Part shown: one piece after another, positions 24,315-38,477 of the stretch | Layout: each line of letters begins with the position of its first letter | How positions within the stretch are numbered: the stretch's first letter is position 1 | From: Pristiophorus japonicus | Taxonomy: Eukaryota | Length of the DNA stretch: 64,000 bases | Assembly (NCBI RefSeq): GCF_044704955.1 | Contig: NC_091998.1 | Coordinates: 63,178,001 to 63,242,000 of the forward strand | Reading direction: 5' to 3' | The notes under the pieces: model-generated | Told to the model about the DNA's origin: nothing | Seen by the model: only the letters and a program-made list of their open reading frames with translations | Databases searched by the model: none | Program-made: the position numbers and the translations under genes

Positions 24315-24632
24315 CACAGGTTCAACCTCTCGGGTCCGGGACTCTCTGGTTCGGCATCCGTGGCGGAACTGCCGCTTCCCTGGGCCTGGAGCTTGCTGTC
24401 AAACACTCCAGTGACCATCCGCATCTCACTCTGCTTCCTCATTGTGGGACTCGACGGCGCAGTGAAGGGGCGTCAGACCAGAGAGAGAGAGAAATGACCA
24501 ATCACTAACATTCCCCGCCTCTCCTCCCTCCCTCAGCAATCACCAGCACTGACCTCCCGTGGTTCGGAAAATTCTCTGTTTCGGCACCAGACAGGTCCTG
24601 AGGGGGCCAGACCAGAGGTGTTCAAACCTGTA
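24315..24632. mobile_element. Possible Tc1/mariner (Tigger-like) MITE
   Basis: Imperfect inverted ends acaggttcaacctct... and ...agaggtgttcaaacctgta, with TA at the right flank. Confidence 0.4.
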
Positions 24633-24769
24633 TTATCAATACTACTTCTCGCGCTCCTCCAAATAAGTCATCCCGCACTGGCTTCCTGCATCCTCACCGT
24701 GCTGGGATCACCACCAGCCGCCTGCCTGCACTCGTCCTTCCCCAGGATCTTAAACTGTGCAATTCCCAA

Positions 24770-25370
24770 ACTTTATTGCAAGGGGTTTGGAGTACAAGAG
24801 TAAGGAAGTCTCATTACAATTGTACAGGGCTTTGGTGAGACCACACCTGAAATACTGTGCAGAGTCTTGGTCTTCTTATCTGAGGAGGGATATACTTGCC
24901 TTATAGACACTGCAACAAAGGTTCACTAGATTGATTCCTGGGATGAGAGATTGACTAGATTGGACCTATACTCTCTGGAGTTTAGAAGAATGAGAGGTGA
25001 TCTCATTGAAACACAAGATTCTGAGGGGAATGGACAGGGTAGATGCTGACAGGTTGTTACCCCTGGCTGCAGAGTCTTGAACCAGGGGGCACAGTCTCAG
25101 GATAAGGGGTCGGCCATTTAAGCCTGTATTGAGGAGGAATTTCTTTACTCAGAGGGTTGTGAATCTCTGGAATTCTCTACCCGAAAGGGCGGTAGATGCT
25201 GAATCGTTGAATATATTCAATACTGAAATAGATACATTTTTGGACTCTAGGGGAATCAGGGGATATGGAGATCGGGCTGGAGAGGAGAGTTGAGGTCAAA
25301 GATCAAGCATGATCTTATTGAATGGCGGAGCAGGTTCGAGGGGCCGTATGGTCTACTCCTACTTATGTTC
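24770..25370 (+). mobile_element. CR1 LINE 3' fragment
   Basis: gagtacaagagtaaggaagtc...ggagtttagaagaatgagaggtgatctcattgaaac...ctactcctacttatgttcc. Confidence 0.85.
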
Positions 25371-26259
25371 CCTCAGTTTCCCCTCCGTCCCGCAGCCCTT
25401 GTGTTGCCTCAATCATTGGTCCTATTTCCTCTCCCTCTCTCTTTCACCCTGATGGTTTCCTGCATGAATTAAGCGTAGAAATCAATCGCTGTGGAGATAA
25501 ACATTTGAAATTGACTTTAAAAAATTGAACTTATGCAGAAAGATTTAGTGCAGTAAACACGTCATCGGCCAGCAGAACAAACAGCAAGCAATTGTTGAGG
25601 TGAATAACTCAGGCCAACATTCATTGAGGATCATCACCAGGTGCACTGGCTTGATGTGACTCAAGGTCAAATCCCATCCTATTTGAGTGGGATTTTTTGA
25701 GCCAAGATATTTGGAGTCGAAGCCCATGTAAATTTCTCATTGTTAATTGGTTGGTGTTTCTCGTGCTCAGTTAGTTAAAGGTCAGCAAAAGGTTTTGACT
25801 TGCCCCATTTTGAAAGAACTTAAATCCATCACGAGTTCTACCGTTTGACCATGGCCGACTTCCAGAGGCGCCAAATACAAGGAAGCCCGAATTAAAAGGA
25901 CCAATACCCTCCTCCAACTTTTTTGGGGAGGTACATGGTCCCTTTAACGGGCTGTGCGGCCCATTCAGTTTCACGCATGCGCGAAATTTCACGTTGGAAA
26001 AGCCAGCCACACGACTTGGCAGGAACGTTTCTAGTTGACCCCCAAAGCCAGGCGGAGAGACGGGGGAAGTTGGCAAACCCGAGAGCCATGGGGGCCGACT
26101 ACCCTTACCCTAGCAAAGTTGCAGAACCTTCCTCCGTTTGCGACAGTGCCCAATAATCATCGCCACAGGAGGTTTTTCCAGGCTTGTTCCCATGTCCCAG
26201 AGGCAGGCAGGAGGCCCCTGCCCTGCTGTAATTTAAAAGGCCAATGGAATCATGGCCTT

Positions 26260-26895
26260 GATCTCAAAGGGGCTGGAACACAAAGGGGTGGAAGTTATGT
26301 GGAGCCCTGGTCAGACGCCACCTGAAGCATTGGGTTCAGTTCTGGGCACCATAACTCAGGAAGGACATACCAGCCTTGGAGGGCTTGCCGATTCACCAGA
26401 ATGATACCAGGGCTACAAGGTGCAAACCATGTAAGATTTACCTCGGAACTAAGAAAATAGGGAAGCTCGTTAGGATAGGTTGCATAGACTACGATTGTAT
26501 TCCCCCTTGAGTATAGCAGATTAAAGGGTGATCTAATTGAGGTGTTTCAGATGATTAAAAGGAGTTGATAGGGTAGATAGAGAAAAACCATTTCCTCGGG
26601 TGGGGGGTGGGGGAGTCCAGAACAGCGGCCAGGCCGTTCAGGAGCGACGTCAGGAAGCACTTCTTCACACAAAGGGCAGTGGGAATCTGGAACTCCCTCC
26701 CCAAAAAGCTGTTGAGGCTAGGGGTCAATTTGAAAATGTCATAACTGAGATTGAGACATTTTTGTTGGGTAAGGATATTAAAGGTTACGAAGCCAAGGCG
26801 GGTAAATAGAGTTAAGATACAGATCAGCCATAATCTAATTGAATGGCGGGTCAGGCTCGAGAGGCTGAATGGCTTCCTGTTGGTCCTATGTTCCC
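26260..26895 (+). mobile_element. CR1 LINE 3' fragment
   Basis: cagttctgggcacc...aggaagcacttcttcacacaaaggg...gaatggcttcctgttggtcctatgttc. Confidence 0.8.
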
Positions 26896-27649
26896 AATAG
26901 GCTGTACACAGTGGGGGAGATCTTTTGTGTGGAAGCAAGTCATCCTTGTTTCGCGAAACCACCTATGATGACAGTGGGGGCCTGCAGCTGAAAGTTGGCC
27001 GAGATCAGAAATTCTGCGCATTGGGGTGAGGTACAGTCCAATGCAGAGCCTAGCACAACACTGCCACTCTATACCGGTTAGAAGTGGGGCTAAAAGATTT
27101 ATCGCGAGTGAGTCAAACCACAAGTCTCCCACCCCAAACGATTGCTTCTTAAATGTTTTGTCCACAAACTGCAGCCTGAACATCCCAATCTCTCAGAATT
27201 CTAAGCAGTCAAATCGCTTGCCCCGACACCAGAGGGCGCGACCCGAGTTAATCCCCCAGTCTCAACAGACGGCTCCCCAGCCTGCTCGAAGGCAGCAGCA
27301 AGAGGCCAGCACTTGGCGGGTGTCAGGGTTGAGGGGGCGCGCGCGCACAGTTGTCTTCAAGGTATGCCCACCTCAGACACGCTTCAAACCAAAAACCTTT
27401 GCTCACCTGCAGGACGGCACAATCCTCAAGGCAGAAGGCGACAAGTGGAAATTAAAAACAGAAACCGTGCAAACCATGCAAGATTTACCTCGGAACCAAG
27501 AAAATAGGGAAGCTCGTTTGAGGCTGCAAGTGCGGAGCCTGGAAGTAGGAACTGGGAGATGGAGACGAAGCAACAGAGAGAGAAAGATTAAAATGCAGAG
27601 ACCCAGAGCAGGCAGGCACACACTTTACTGGCAATCAATAATAAAAATA

Positions 27650-28110
27650 CTCCCCATTTATATGGCACCTTTCCCGACCTCGGGTGCTATACAGCCAATA
27701 AATTACTTTTGGAGTGTAGTCAGTCACTGATGTAATGTGGGAAACGTGGCAACCAATTTGCGCATAGCAAGCTCCCACAAACAGCATTCTGATATTTTTT
27801 TTTATAAAAAGATTATCTGGCCGTTAGGTGATGTTGATTGAGGGATAAATATTGGCCAGGACACCGGTGATAATGCCCCTGTTTTTCTTCAAAATAGTGC
27901 CACGGGATCTTTTACGTCCACCCGAGAGCGCAGGCGGGGCCTCGGTTTAACGTCTCATCCAAATGACAGCACCTCAGACAGTGCGGCACTCCTTCAGCAC
28001 CGCACTGGGAGTGTCAGCCTAGATTTTGTGGTTAAGTCTCTGGAGTGGGACTTGAACCCACAACCTTCTGACTCAAGAGGCGTGTGTGCTGCCCACTGAA
28101 CAACGGCTAA
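27650..28110 (-). mobile_element. DeuSINE/SacSINE1-like SINE, near full length
   Basis: tRNA-like B-box (gggacttgaaccc on +), conserved core and L2-like tail. Confidence 0.85.
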
Positions 28111-28467
28111 CCCATTCAGGGGTGATGTCAGGAATCACTTCTACACAAAAAGGGTAGTGGAAATCTGGAACTCACTCTCTTTCTCCTCCCTCCCCCAAAA
28201 AGCTGTTGAGGCTCGAGGTCAATTGAAAATGCCAACACTGATATTTTTGTAACGCAAGGGTATTTAAGGATTACAGAACCGAGGTGGAAGTTAAGATACA
28301 GATCAGACATGGTATAATTGAATAGTGGAACAGGCTTAAGGGGCTGAATGACCTCCTCTTGTTCCCATGTTACTAAATTCTTGAATTCACACAGCCTGCA
28401 GGGTTTCAGGACATCTGTGTCCTGTAAAATATTACGGCTCAACAAGAATAAATTGAAATATTCTTAC

Positions 28468-28564
28468 CCACAGGCAAGTTGCTGAGGGCCATGGTACCAT
28501 AATAGGAGAACGGTCCGGTCTCAAACTTCATGTCTTCCTTCCCAGCCTCCGTCTCCACTTTACC
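28468..28564 (-). CDS. CNNM4: CNNM4-like exon 5 (97 bp)
   Basis: Absent from the ORF track and read manually. Acceptor ccacag|GGT, donor GTG G|GTAAGA. Encodes [32 protein letters not shown]. Confidence 0.95.
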
Positions 28565-29534
28565 CTGTGGTACAATAATGATCGTTTAAACTGGACACAG
28601 ACTGGAAGCCTCAGACGTATTCAACGCACAACTGGAAACATTGAACGCTGATGTTGGGACCTTTCGATTTTTCTCTCCGAGCTCTCACCCCACTCTCCAA
28701 GGCGGTGGCTCGCGGTGGTGCGAGGTGCTATGCCCGGTGTCCGTTCGTCACTTTACCCTAGAGAGGGAAGTACTGAATACTATTCTACCACGAGGGGCAT
28801 GGCTGATAGGCTCGAACCTGGCCTCACTTCGTAGTAGGAATCAACGGATCAGCAGCAGAAATCCTTGCTGGTTTTTTTCCACCTCCCTCACCCAGGAAAA
28901 GCTCGATCACCACAACTCCCACCAGGTTCAGTAGAGGCACAGGAATTGAACCTGGGAACTTTTGGTAAATGCTCTGTACCAGCTGGGCAAATAGGTTCAC
29001 GTACAGGAGGGGATGGGGGAGGGGGGGGGGGGCAGCACTGTGAGCCTGTAGCACCTCCTGACCTATGGCATAGGCTGCCATCTTGTACAGTAAACGCTGA
29101 TTGAAGCGAGAGCTGAACCCGTCTCTGGCTGGGGCGGAGATCACCTTGTACAAGAGGTAGGTACTGTGTAACATGAATCAGGGTCGGAGCAATCTGTTGG
29201 ACTTGCTTCAATCGGCCAAGGGGGTCAGGGAGGAATTTTACAGATTATATACCCCAAACTGGCTTGCGTTTTTTAAAATCTGGTTTTACGCCTCTCCTAG
29301 GCGATCACATGGGTTCAGGTGGGGTGGAGAGTTTATATATTGAGATATATTATATATCTATCTATCGCAATTGTGTGGGACAGGCTGGACAAACCAGGTC
29401 AGTCATTGTTGGCATGTTCGGACAGGGGCTGTGTGTGGAGACAGTAGTTTGAAAGTGGGTAACACTGGAGTGGGGACATGGGCTGTCTGATGTGAGAGAG
29501 GGGCGTTTGAGGATGAATTATGTGCATCAAAAAC

Positions 29535-30617
<1,083 letters not shown>

Positions 30618-30715
30618 TCAACACCCTTGGAGCAAACTATCCCACTGCACTGCCAGCCAGGCAGGGTATGCAACATGTGGACCGAGTCTCTGCAGGTCAG
30701 CACCATCACCAGTAC

Positions 30716-31040
30716 ACATCATCATCATAGGCGGCCCCTCGTATCAAGGATGACTTGCTTCCATGCCAAAAAAGGGATGAGTTCACGGGTGTTTCAATGA
30801 AGGACCTAATATTCCGGATCCCGAACTACATCCTGAAGGGTGGAAGATGCCTGTGCGTGGATTTTTTTAACGTGGGGTGGCCGTTGCACACCAGCCACCA
30901 CACGGGCTTGACAGAGCGAGGTCTTAGTCCAGTGGCAAGGATTACCCAAGACGACTGGAGACCTGCTCTGCTGCACGGGCCTAGTGCACTCACATAGCGC
31001 AGTGTGGGCTGGCCAGTGCTGCCCCGGGCCCTCGGCTCTT
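30716..31040 (-). mobile_element. Short RTE-related element with an (ATG)n tail; relatives at 9405-9585, 9915-10035, 26925-26970, 47040-47176
   Basis: Minus strand ends ggaagcaagtcatccttgatacgaggggccgcctatgatgatg, the same gatgatg tail type as the RTE at 61479-61939. No ORF. Confidence 0.6.
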
Positions 31041-32569
31041 CTGCAACCTTAGTAAACAGTCTCTTATGAGGGACTTTATCAGATACCTTCTGGAAGTCCA
31101 GAAAATATCCATAGACATTCCCCTGTCCATTACTTTAGTCATCTTTTCAAAAAATTAAATCAGGTTTGTCACGCACTATGATGGATGGAGCATCCTGACG
31201 AGGTACTTCTGGATAAAGATGTGACCGATAGTGCGGACTGACCTTTCACCTGAACTGCAGGGTTAATCAAACAATGGGAGAGAGGAATGGAGTGATGAGA
31301 AAAGATAATTCTGTGGAGAGGGGAGGGGGACATAATTAGAGAAGCTAAAGAAACTAAGTAGAGACAGAGAAAGAAAGACTTACATTTCTATAGCGCCTTT
31401 CATGACCAAACGTCTCAAAGCATTTTAAAGCCAATTACACACCGAGTGTAGTCACTGTTGCAATGTGGGAAACGCGGCAGCCAATTTGCGCACAGCAAGC
31501 TCCCACAAACAGCAATGTGATAATGACCAGATAATCTGTTTTTTTGTTAGCTGATTGAGGGATAAATATTGCCCAGGACACCAGGGATACATAGCACGCC
31601 CAACAACACACCCAGCATGCAGACCCATAGTGGGTTGGGTTGCAGTGAGATTTCCCCCGGAGGGTTGTTTTAAAAAAAAATTCAATCACAGGATGTGGTC
31701 GTCACTGGCAAGGCCAGCATTTATTGCCCCTCCCCAATTGCCCTCGAGAAGGTGGTGGTGCCGCCTTGAAACGCCGCAGTTCGTGTGGTGAATGTACTCT
31801 CACACCGTGTCATAACAGTCTGTTACTGTGGAGCGCCTTACTAGGCCATTTCAGAGGGACGGTTAAATCATAGAAATTTACAGCACGGAAGGCCATTCGG
31901 CCCATCGTGTCCGCACCTGCTGACAAAAAGCTATCCAGCCTAATCCCACTTTCCAGCTCTCAGTCCGTAGCCCTGTAGGTTACGGCACCTCAAGTGCACA
32001 TTCAAGTACTTTTTAAATGCGGTAAGGGTTTCTGCCTCTACCACCCTTTCAGGCAGCGAGTTCCAGACCCCCCACCACCCTCTGGGTGAAGAAACCTCCC
32101 CTCTAAACCTCCTAAAGCCAGATTTCCCCTCCCCACAACCGCCCATGAGCTGAGATTTCCCTCAAATAACAGTTACTTTAAAGTAGATAAACTAAGCCAA
32201 ACAGCCTCATGGAGTTTAAACAATTCTTTCTTCTCTCACCTACCATCCACCCTTTGTTGCATTCAATTGCTATCGCTTTTTTGGGACCAGTTTTGTTTCG
32301 GTTGCCGTGGTTTCCTCAGTGTCTCAAGTGGAAGAGTAATTGAGTCCACCAATAAAAAGCCAGGTCAAATGCTGAGTCACTCCTGCCATGTGACTGACTC
32401 GAATCTACAACCGACATTCTGCCTTCCCACCCCCAATGACATCATCCCCAATTCTTAAACAAAACAAGTCTCCCGTCACAGTGAGTGTCGGCTTCCGCAC
32501 CAACAGGAAGTCCCTTACCACAGAAGCCAACAGTTTTGCAGTACCTCACTTCTATATATCCCATCCAGA

Positions 32570-33008
32570 AAGACTTGCATCTATTTAGCATCTTTTACAA
32601 CCTCAGGACATCTCAAAGCACTTTACAGCCAATGAAGTACTTTTGAAGTGTAGTCACTGTTGTAATGTAAGAAACACGGCAGCCAATTTGCACACAGCAA
32701 GCTCCCACGAACAGCAATGTGATAATGACCAGATAATCTGCCTTATTGATGTTTGTTGAGGGATAGATTTTGGCTCAGGACACTGGGAGAACTCCCCTGC
32801 TCTTCAAATAGTGCATGGAATCTTTTACATCCACCCGAGGGGGGCAGACAATTAACATCTGATCCAAGACGGCACCTCCGACAGTGCAGCGCTCACTCAG
32901 CACTGGCACTGGAAAGTCAGCCTAGGTTTTGTGCTCAAGTCTCTGGAGTGGGGCTTGAAACCACGACCTTGTGATTCAGAGGCGAGAGTGCTACCCTCTG
33001 AGCCATAG
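32570..33008 (-). mobile_element. DeuSINE/SacSINE1-like SINE
   Basis: Runs from the tail (acttgcatctatttagc) to the head (gctaccctctgagccat). Confidence 0.85.
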
Positions 33009-33717
33009 TTTCTACAAGTGAAAACATGGGATTATTTGAAAGATTGGGAGCCCGCGAGTGTACTGAGATACAACAGGAAAATAGTCCACAATTCCCTTCC
33101 CTCACACCTGCCATGGCCGATAAACCAGGGAGGGAACCGCAGACTCTGACCATTACTTCATTACGTCAACTCAGGAGTGGACACAGGTCCCCATCGCAGA
33201 GATACGCGCAGACTGGTTACATTACACAGGCTGAGTCAATGCGAGGCTCAGCATTAACCAAATGCACCATGTAACCTGGGCATGAAGTCACAAGACAAGA
33301 CGCGGATGAAGGAGGCCATTCCTCCCTTCAACCCGGGAATACCCTACAGTCCGGGAATACTTTACAGCAATGTTCCCTTTAAGCTGCGCAGCTGCCTGGA
33401 GCTCCTTCTGGCTTTACAAGAGGAAAAACGCACACTCACGGAAATTTAAAGGGGCCGCGCAGCCCATTAAAGGGACTGGACATCCCCAAACATTAATGGA
33501 ACATCGCTCTACGGCATCCAGCTGCTGTCTCAATGATTGCAGGATTTTCACCTCCATTTCCCTCAGACCTATTGCAATCTGCTGCTGCTCCGTCCTACAG
33601 TTCTCTAAACCCCAGTTTGACCCCCCTCGTCACAGTTCAGTTTGAATTAATGTTCCAGATCTAGCTTTTCAACGTTTCCTACTGTACACACTGCTAGTAG
33701 GTCCACTCCCAGTCTTT

Positions 33718-34310
33718 CAACAACTACTTGCATTTATATAGCGCCTTTAACGTAGTAAAACGTCCTAAAGCCCTTCACAGGAGCATCAACAGAATTTGAC
33801 ACTGAGCCACATAAGGGGATATTGGGGCAGATGACCAAAAGCTTGGTCAAAGAGGTGGGTTTTAAGGAGCATCTTAAAAGGAGGAGAGAGAGAGAGAGGC
33901 GGCGAGATTTAAGGAATTCCAACACTTTGGGCCCAGGCAGCTGAAGGCACGGTTGCCAATGATGGAGCGATTAAAACGCAAGAAGACAGAATCGGAGGAG
34001 CGTGGAGATCTCAGACAGTTGTAGGGCTGGAGGAGATTACCGAGATAGGGAGCTTTGAGGCCTTGGAGGGATTTCAACACAAGGATGAGAATTTTTAAAT
34101 TGAGGCGTTGCCGGACCGAGAGGCAATGTAGGTTAGTGAGCAGATGGGTGATCAGTGAATGGGACTTGGTGCGAGTTAGGATGCCAACCAGGAGTGCGTT
34201 GAAATAGTTGAGTCTGGAGGTAACAAAAGCACAGATAAGGCAGCAAATGAGCTGAGACAGGGGCGGAGATGGGCAGCGTTAAGGAGGAGGAAGTATGTGG
34301 TCTTTGTGAT
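33718..34310 (-). mobile_element. L2 LINE 3' fragment
   Basis: RAFSCLGPKCWNSL and the family tail. Confidence 0.8.
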
Positions 34311-34764
34311 CAAGCTCAAGTGTCTCCAGTCCTCAGTTAGTTCAGTGCTAAGTCGTGCAATACCCATCATGAAGTGGGGCCAGCAGAAGTCACATTGGCT
34401 GACCCACCTCTCCCTCTCTCTCTCAAACCAGCCCTTGGCCTCAATCAAATGCAAAGCAGAAAAAACAAGGGACAAAAAATAAGGCTGATGTAATTATTCC
34501 AGATCTTTACCAAGTCATGCAAACTACAAACAGGCTCCTGTTTGAGCAATTGTGCTACTCTTTTCCCACAGCCCGAGACAGACAAGATGGGTAATTACCT
34601 GGATCCCTGTAATTAAGTCTGACTGTGTTCACTGAGCTCGTCTGTCTACCTAGCACAGCACACCCAAGACTACGCGCTTCTTACAGCTAGGCACTGACTG
34701 GCTGACAGCAGCTGAAACAAACTCAATCGTGACAGGATCACACATGCAATTAGGTTCCATGTAT

Positions 34765-35140
34765 TCCCATCAGCCCTTGCTCGCTGAATTACATTGGCTC
34801 CTGGATATTTTTAAATTCTCATCCTCGTGTTCAATCCCTTCCATGGCCTTGTCCCCTCCCTATCTCTAACATCCTCCAGCCTACAACCCTCAGAGATCTC
34901 TGCACTCCTCCAATTCTGGACTCTTACACATAGCCGGTTTTAATCATTCCACCATTGGCAGCCGTGCCTTCCATTGCCTAGGCCCTAAAGCTCTCTGCCT
35001 TGCTGTCCTTCTTGAAGACCTTAAAACCTACCTCTAACATCATTTTATGTGGCTCGGAGTCAATTTTGACATTTAGCTCCCCCGCGTGAAGCACCTTGGG
35101 ACGTTTTACTACGTTAAAAGCGCTGTATAAATACAAGTTG
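34765..35140 (+). mobile_element. L2 LINE 3' fragment
   Basis: tacattggctc...gccgtgccttcc...actacgttaaaagcgctgtataaatacaagttg. Confidence 0.75.
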
Positions 35141-35664
35141 TAGGGTTTTTCAATTTGTGGATATTACGATATGGACACGGAGGGTCGCCCCTATTCTGGG
35201 AGATGCATCAAAAGGATCTCTCATTTTGGGTGTCCCTAGGTTCCCAGCTGCGAGGGCAGCCGGGACATGCTCCACAGATACTGGCGTCATCAGCAGCAGC
35301 AACAGTTGCATCAGTGACATCCCCTCACCTCTTGCTCTGCGCAGGACTGCTAGTACAGGTCTAGAACAGCAACCTCGAGAGGGAGGGGGAAGATCACTGA
35401 ATAAACCCCTTCCCTCCCCCTTTAATGATGCTCTAAACACACCATCTGCAACCCCCATGCCCCCCCACCCCCAAAACACAATAACTGGACTCAACAAGGG
35501 GAAGTTTGCCAGTGTTTACGACACTTTGACCGACAAGCATCTCCTCTCCCATTACATGCATGCCCCCAGCACACCACAGGACAAGCATTGCTGACGCTGG
35601 GCTGGTTGAATGCTTCGATACAACACACAGCAGAAACAAGCAAACCTCACTCCAATACCCCCTC

Positions 35665-35950
35665 ATTAGAATCTTACAGCACAGAAGACGGCTACTCGGC
35701 CTATCATGCCTGTGCCAACTCTTTGAAAGAGCGATCCAATTCATCCCACTCCCCTGCTCTTTCCCCAGAGCCCCGCAAATCTTTCCTTTTCAAGTATTTA
35801 TCCAATTCCCTTTTGAAAGTTACTACTGAACCAGCTTCCACCCTTTCAGGCAGCGCATTCCAGATCATAGCAACCCACTGCATAAAAATATTTCTCTTCA
35901 TCTCCCCCCCTGGCTTTATTGTCAATTAACTTAAATCGGAGTCCTCTGGT
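35665..35950 (-). mobile_element. CR1 3' end
   Basis: WNALPERVEAGSVVTFKRELDKYL. Confidence 0.8.
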
Positions 35951-36374
35951 TCACAACTCATGTCCACAGCCTGCACCTAACCCCACTGACAGTCCTGTCC
36001 CCACCTGTACTCCACCCCAGTGTTACACAGCTCAAAAATGCTCTTGCTCCACACACACAGCCCCAGTGCGGACGGTCCCAGTCTGGAATTGTACAGCTGG
36101 GCGTTTTTCACAATTCAGGTGGACAGAGTGGGACTGTTTCACACACCCGGCATTGAACTGTGCCGTACCAAAATCCCACCGACACCACCAAAACAGTTTG
36201 CATTAAACAAACACGGTGTAATCGCCAATCGGCACCATGGGAATCTTTAATTCTGGGGGGGGGGGGGGGGGGGAAAAAGAGATGAGGGGTTTATTCCCAC
36301 TCCCCATCCCCCCGCGCCCCCAAACAACAGTCGAGGAGCAGAAACTCGGCACAAAGTTAGAAGCAGCCTCTCAC

Positions 36375-36512
36375 CTGTCGATAGGAAGCGATGAGCAGCC
36401 AGCAGCAGCTGAGGGGACACCTTGATTTTCACCTCGTGTATCGTGGGTTTGAAGACGGAGAAGTCCCTTTTCTTGCCGCGGGTTGGAACTTTCCTCTTGC
36501 TTCGGTTGTCAA
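36375..36512 (-). CDS. CNNM4: CNNM4-like exon 3 (138 bp)
   Basis: Acceptor tttttcag|TT, donor ACA G|GTGAGA. Encodes FDNRSKRKVPTRGKKRDFSVFKPTIHEVKIKVSPQLLLAAHRFLST. Phase matches both neighbours. Confidence 0.95.
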
Positions 36513-36589
36513 CTGAAAAAGACACGAGAGAAAACCGCTTCAAAAAAGGTGCCCATTCCCCATACTCTTCTATTTCCCCCTCCCCCCAT

Positions 36590-37192
36590 ATAGAGTTATA
36601 TAAAGCTCAGGTTAGCCCCCATCTGGAGCACTGTGGCTCAGGAAGGATACATTGGCCTTGGAGTGCATGCATCGCAGATTCAACCAGTGATACTGGAACT
36701 AAAAGGTTTAAATTATGAGGCTTGTATTCCCTGGAGAAGTAGAAGATGAAGGGGTGATCTAATTGAGGTGTTTAAGATAATTACAGGACTTGATAGGGGA
36801 GAGAGGATGAGAAACTTTTTCCTCTGATGGGCAATGTTCCCACTAATTTTCTTTTTGGGTGCGCAGCCCATTCAAATAACCGCGTGCACGGCTTTTGCCA
36901 TTAGAACGCTGCTGTGTGGTGGTGGTGGGGGTCCAGAACAGGGGAAAGTAACCTAAAAATTAGAGCCAGGTCATTCAGGGGTGATGTGAGGAAGCACTTC
37001 TTCACACAAAGCTTAGTGGAAATCTGGAATTCTCTCCCCAAAAAGCTGTTCAGGCTGGGGGTCAATTGAGAATTTCAAAATGGAGATTGATAGCTGTGTG
37101 TTAAGCTAGGGTGTGAAGGGTTATGGAGCCACGATTCAGATCAGCCATGATCTAATGGAATGGTGGAACAGGCTCAAAGGGTTCCTATGTTC
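36590..37192 (+). mobile_element. CR1 3' fragment filling most of CNNM4 intron 2
   Basis: gggtgatctaattgaggtgtttaag...gaagcacttcttcacacaa...gttcctatgttc. Confidence 0.75.
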
Positions 37193-37210
37193 TCATTTCC
37201 CCCAATATCA

Positions 37211-37432
<222 letters not shown>

Positions 37433-37499
37433 TTAAAATGGAAAGAGGAGGTAACAAAATGAGTTATGCAAAAGCTCGTCTCCATCATTTATACCCAGT

Positions 37500-37857
37500 T
37501 CAGGTGCAGCACGGATTAGATACAGAGTAAAGCTCCCTCTACATTGTCCCATCAAACACTCCCAGGGCAGGTACAGCACGGATTAGATACAGAGTAAAGC
37601 TCCCTCTACATCGTCCCATCAAACACTCCCAGGGCAGGTACAGCACGGGGTTAGGTACAGAGTAAAGCTCCCTCTACACTGTCCCATCAAACACTCCCAG
37701 GGCAAGTACAGCACGGGGTTACAGAGTAAAGCTCCCTCTACATTGTCCCATCAAACACTCCCAGGGCAGGTACAGCACGGGGTTAGATACAGAGTAAACC
37801 TCCCTCTACACTGTCCCATCAAACATTCCCAGGGCAGGTACAGCACGGGTTAGATGC
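37500..37857. repeat. ~60-bp minisatellite (ggcaggtacagcacgggttagatacagagtaaagctccctctacactgtcccatcaaacactccca), about 6 units
   Basis: Seen directly. Further copies lie at 38280-38475, and inverted copies at 46958-47030 and 47178-47290. Confidence 0.92.
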
Positions 37858-38275
37858 AACTTGTGTTTATATAGCACCTTTAATGTAGTAAAATGTCCCA
37901 AGGCGCTTCACAGGAATATTATATGACAAAACAAATAAATTTGACACCAAGCCATACAAGAGGAAATTACGGTAAATGACCAAAAACTTGGTCAAAGAGG
38001 TTAGTTTTATGGAGCGTCTTAAAGGAGGAAAGAGAGGTAGAGAGGCGGAGTGGGTTAGGGAGGGAGTTCCAGAGCTTGGGGCCCAGGCAGCTGATGGCAC
38101 GGCCGCTGATAGTTGAGCAGTTATAATCAGGGATGCTCAAGAGCAGAATTAGGAGCGCAGATATCTTAGGGGGTTGTCAAGCCAAAAGGAGATTACAGAG
38201 ATAGAGAGGGGCAACTCCATGGAGGGATTTGTAAACAAAGATGAGAATTTTGAAATCGAGGTGTTGCTTAACCGA
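37858..38275 (-). mobile_element. L2 LINE 3' fragment interrupting the 60-bp minisatellite
   Basis: Family tail at the left end; satellite units on both sides. Confidence 0.8.
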
Positions 38276-38477
38276 TTGCTTAGAATAAAGCTCCCTCTAC
38301 AGGTATGTCATGGGTTTAGAGTAAAGCTACCTCCAGTGTCCCTTCAAACACTCCCAGGGCAGGTACAGCACAGGTTAGATACAGAATAAAGCCCCCTCTA
38401 CACTATCCCAACAAACACTCACCCAGGGCAGGTACATCATGGATTAGGTACAGAGTAAAACTCCTTCTACACTGCCC

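Noticed and set aside
24300-24445. Short minus-strand ORF (MRKQSEMRMV...) just upstream of exon 6
   Set aside because: It lies inside a probable MITE, ends in a stop, and exons 5 and 6 join in phase without it.
27026-27730. 234-aa plus-strand ORF in intron 5
   Set aside because: Non-ATG start in the track, no domain, antisense to the gene, and it runs into a SINE tail.
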